24,782 nt of DNA from an uncultured Candidatus Rokubacteria bacterium. Lineage in GTDB: Bacteria > Methylomirabilota > Methylomirabilia > Rokubacteriales > CSP1-6. A program made the position numbers and the translations under genes. Position 1 is the first letter of the stretch. Every line of letters starts with the position of its first letter. The notes below the pieces were generated by a model. The model was not told where the DNA came from, searched no databases, and saw only the letters and a list, made by a program, of their open reading frames with translations. Where the stretch lies: positions 1-24,782 of the forward strand of contig CAWBMV010000024.1 of assembly GCA_963789955.1 (NCBI GenBank), given 5' to 3'. Below, one piece after another: positions 24,555-24,782 of this stretch.

Positions 24555-24782
24555 TCAGCCGCCGAGATCCGCGCACGACGGCGCGCCAGAGCGCGCCCGT
24601 CTCCGCGACCCCCGGGTCGACCGGCAGCTTACGCACCGCGGCGTCACCAGCACGAGCCGGCTCGCGGGATCGACGTAGATCGCCTGGCCGCGCACGCCGA
24701 GGAACGCGAACATTCGGCGGTCGCCCGGGAAGATCCAGGTCTGGTAGCCGTAGCCAAAGAACGGCGTCGCGGTGCGGGGCCG
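24555..24782 (-). CDS. 3' end of a beta-lactamase-family serine hydrolase (partial, runs off the window; two apparent frameshifts)
   Basis: Hand translation gives ...GYGYQTWIFPGDRRMFAFLGVRGQAIYVDPASRLVLV, the GYGYQxW / GxxGQxIYVDP motifs of class C/NylB-like hydrolases. It continues as AAVRKLPVDPG...ALW in another frame. TGA at 24557-24555. Confidence 0.75.
   Translation of the reverse strand, partial: RPRTATPFFGYGYQTWIFPGDRRMFAFLGVRGQAIYVDPASRLVLVTPRCVSCRSTRGSRRRARSGAPSCADLGG

Noticed and set aside
24550..24636. N-terminal extension of the MetE-like ORF (MRKLPVDPG...)
   Set aside because: It corresponds to the frameshifted C-terminal helix of the upstream serine hydrolase.

Overview
This is a high-GC bacterial chromosomal window. 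The style of its family-5 binding proteins and amidohydrolases suggests a Rokubacteria/Methylomirabilota-like genome, which is inference only. It has four blocks. (1) 4-4255 (+) is a divergent cbb3/C-family heme-copper oxidase operon: ccoN, a tri-heme CcoO-cytochrome c fusion, a ccoS-like gene, two micro membrane proteins and a Caa3-type ctaG. (2) 4252-14770 is an expanded chr (chromate/oxyanion) locus driven from a 53-bp bidirectional, apparently leaderless promoter. Its left arm is chrB, a Tat-exported DUF1080-like protein, DUF1259, a ChrB_C-only protein and a YncE-like beta-propeller. Its right arm is two full-length chrA genes, a non-canonical ArsC/LMW-PTP and a heterodimeric ABC exporter. 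(3) 14822-18783 (+) holds a ketopantoate-reductase-like gene, an ORF fusing a family-5 substrate-binding protein (SBP) to an amidohydrolase, and a small gene remnant. (4) 18790-24782 (-) holds a serine hydrolase 3' end, a MetE-like gene, a frameshifted amidohydrolase, a Tat-SBP and dppB/dppC-like permeases. A 45-bp GC stem-loop repeat occurs twice. The right third carries several single-base frameshifts, which suggests consensus errors or decay, so apparent fusions there need caution. I saw no rRNA, tRNA, CRISPR or transposase.
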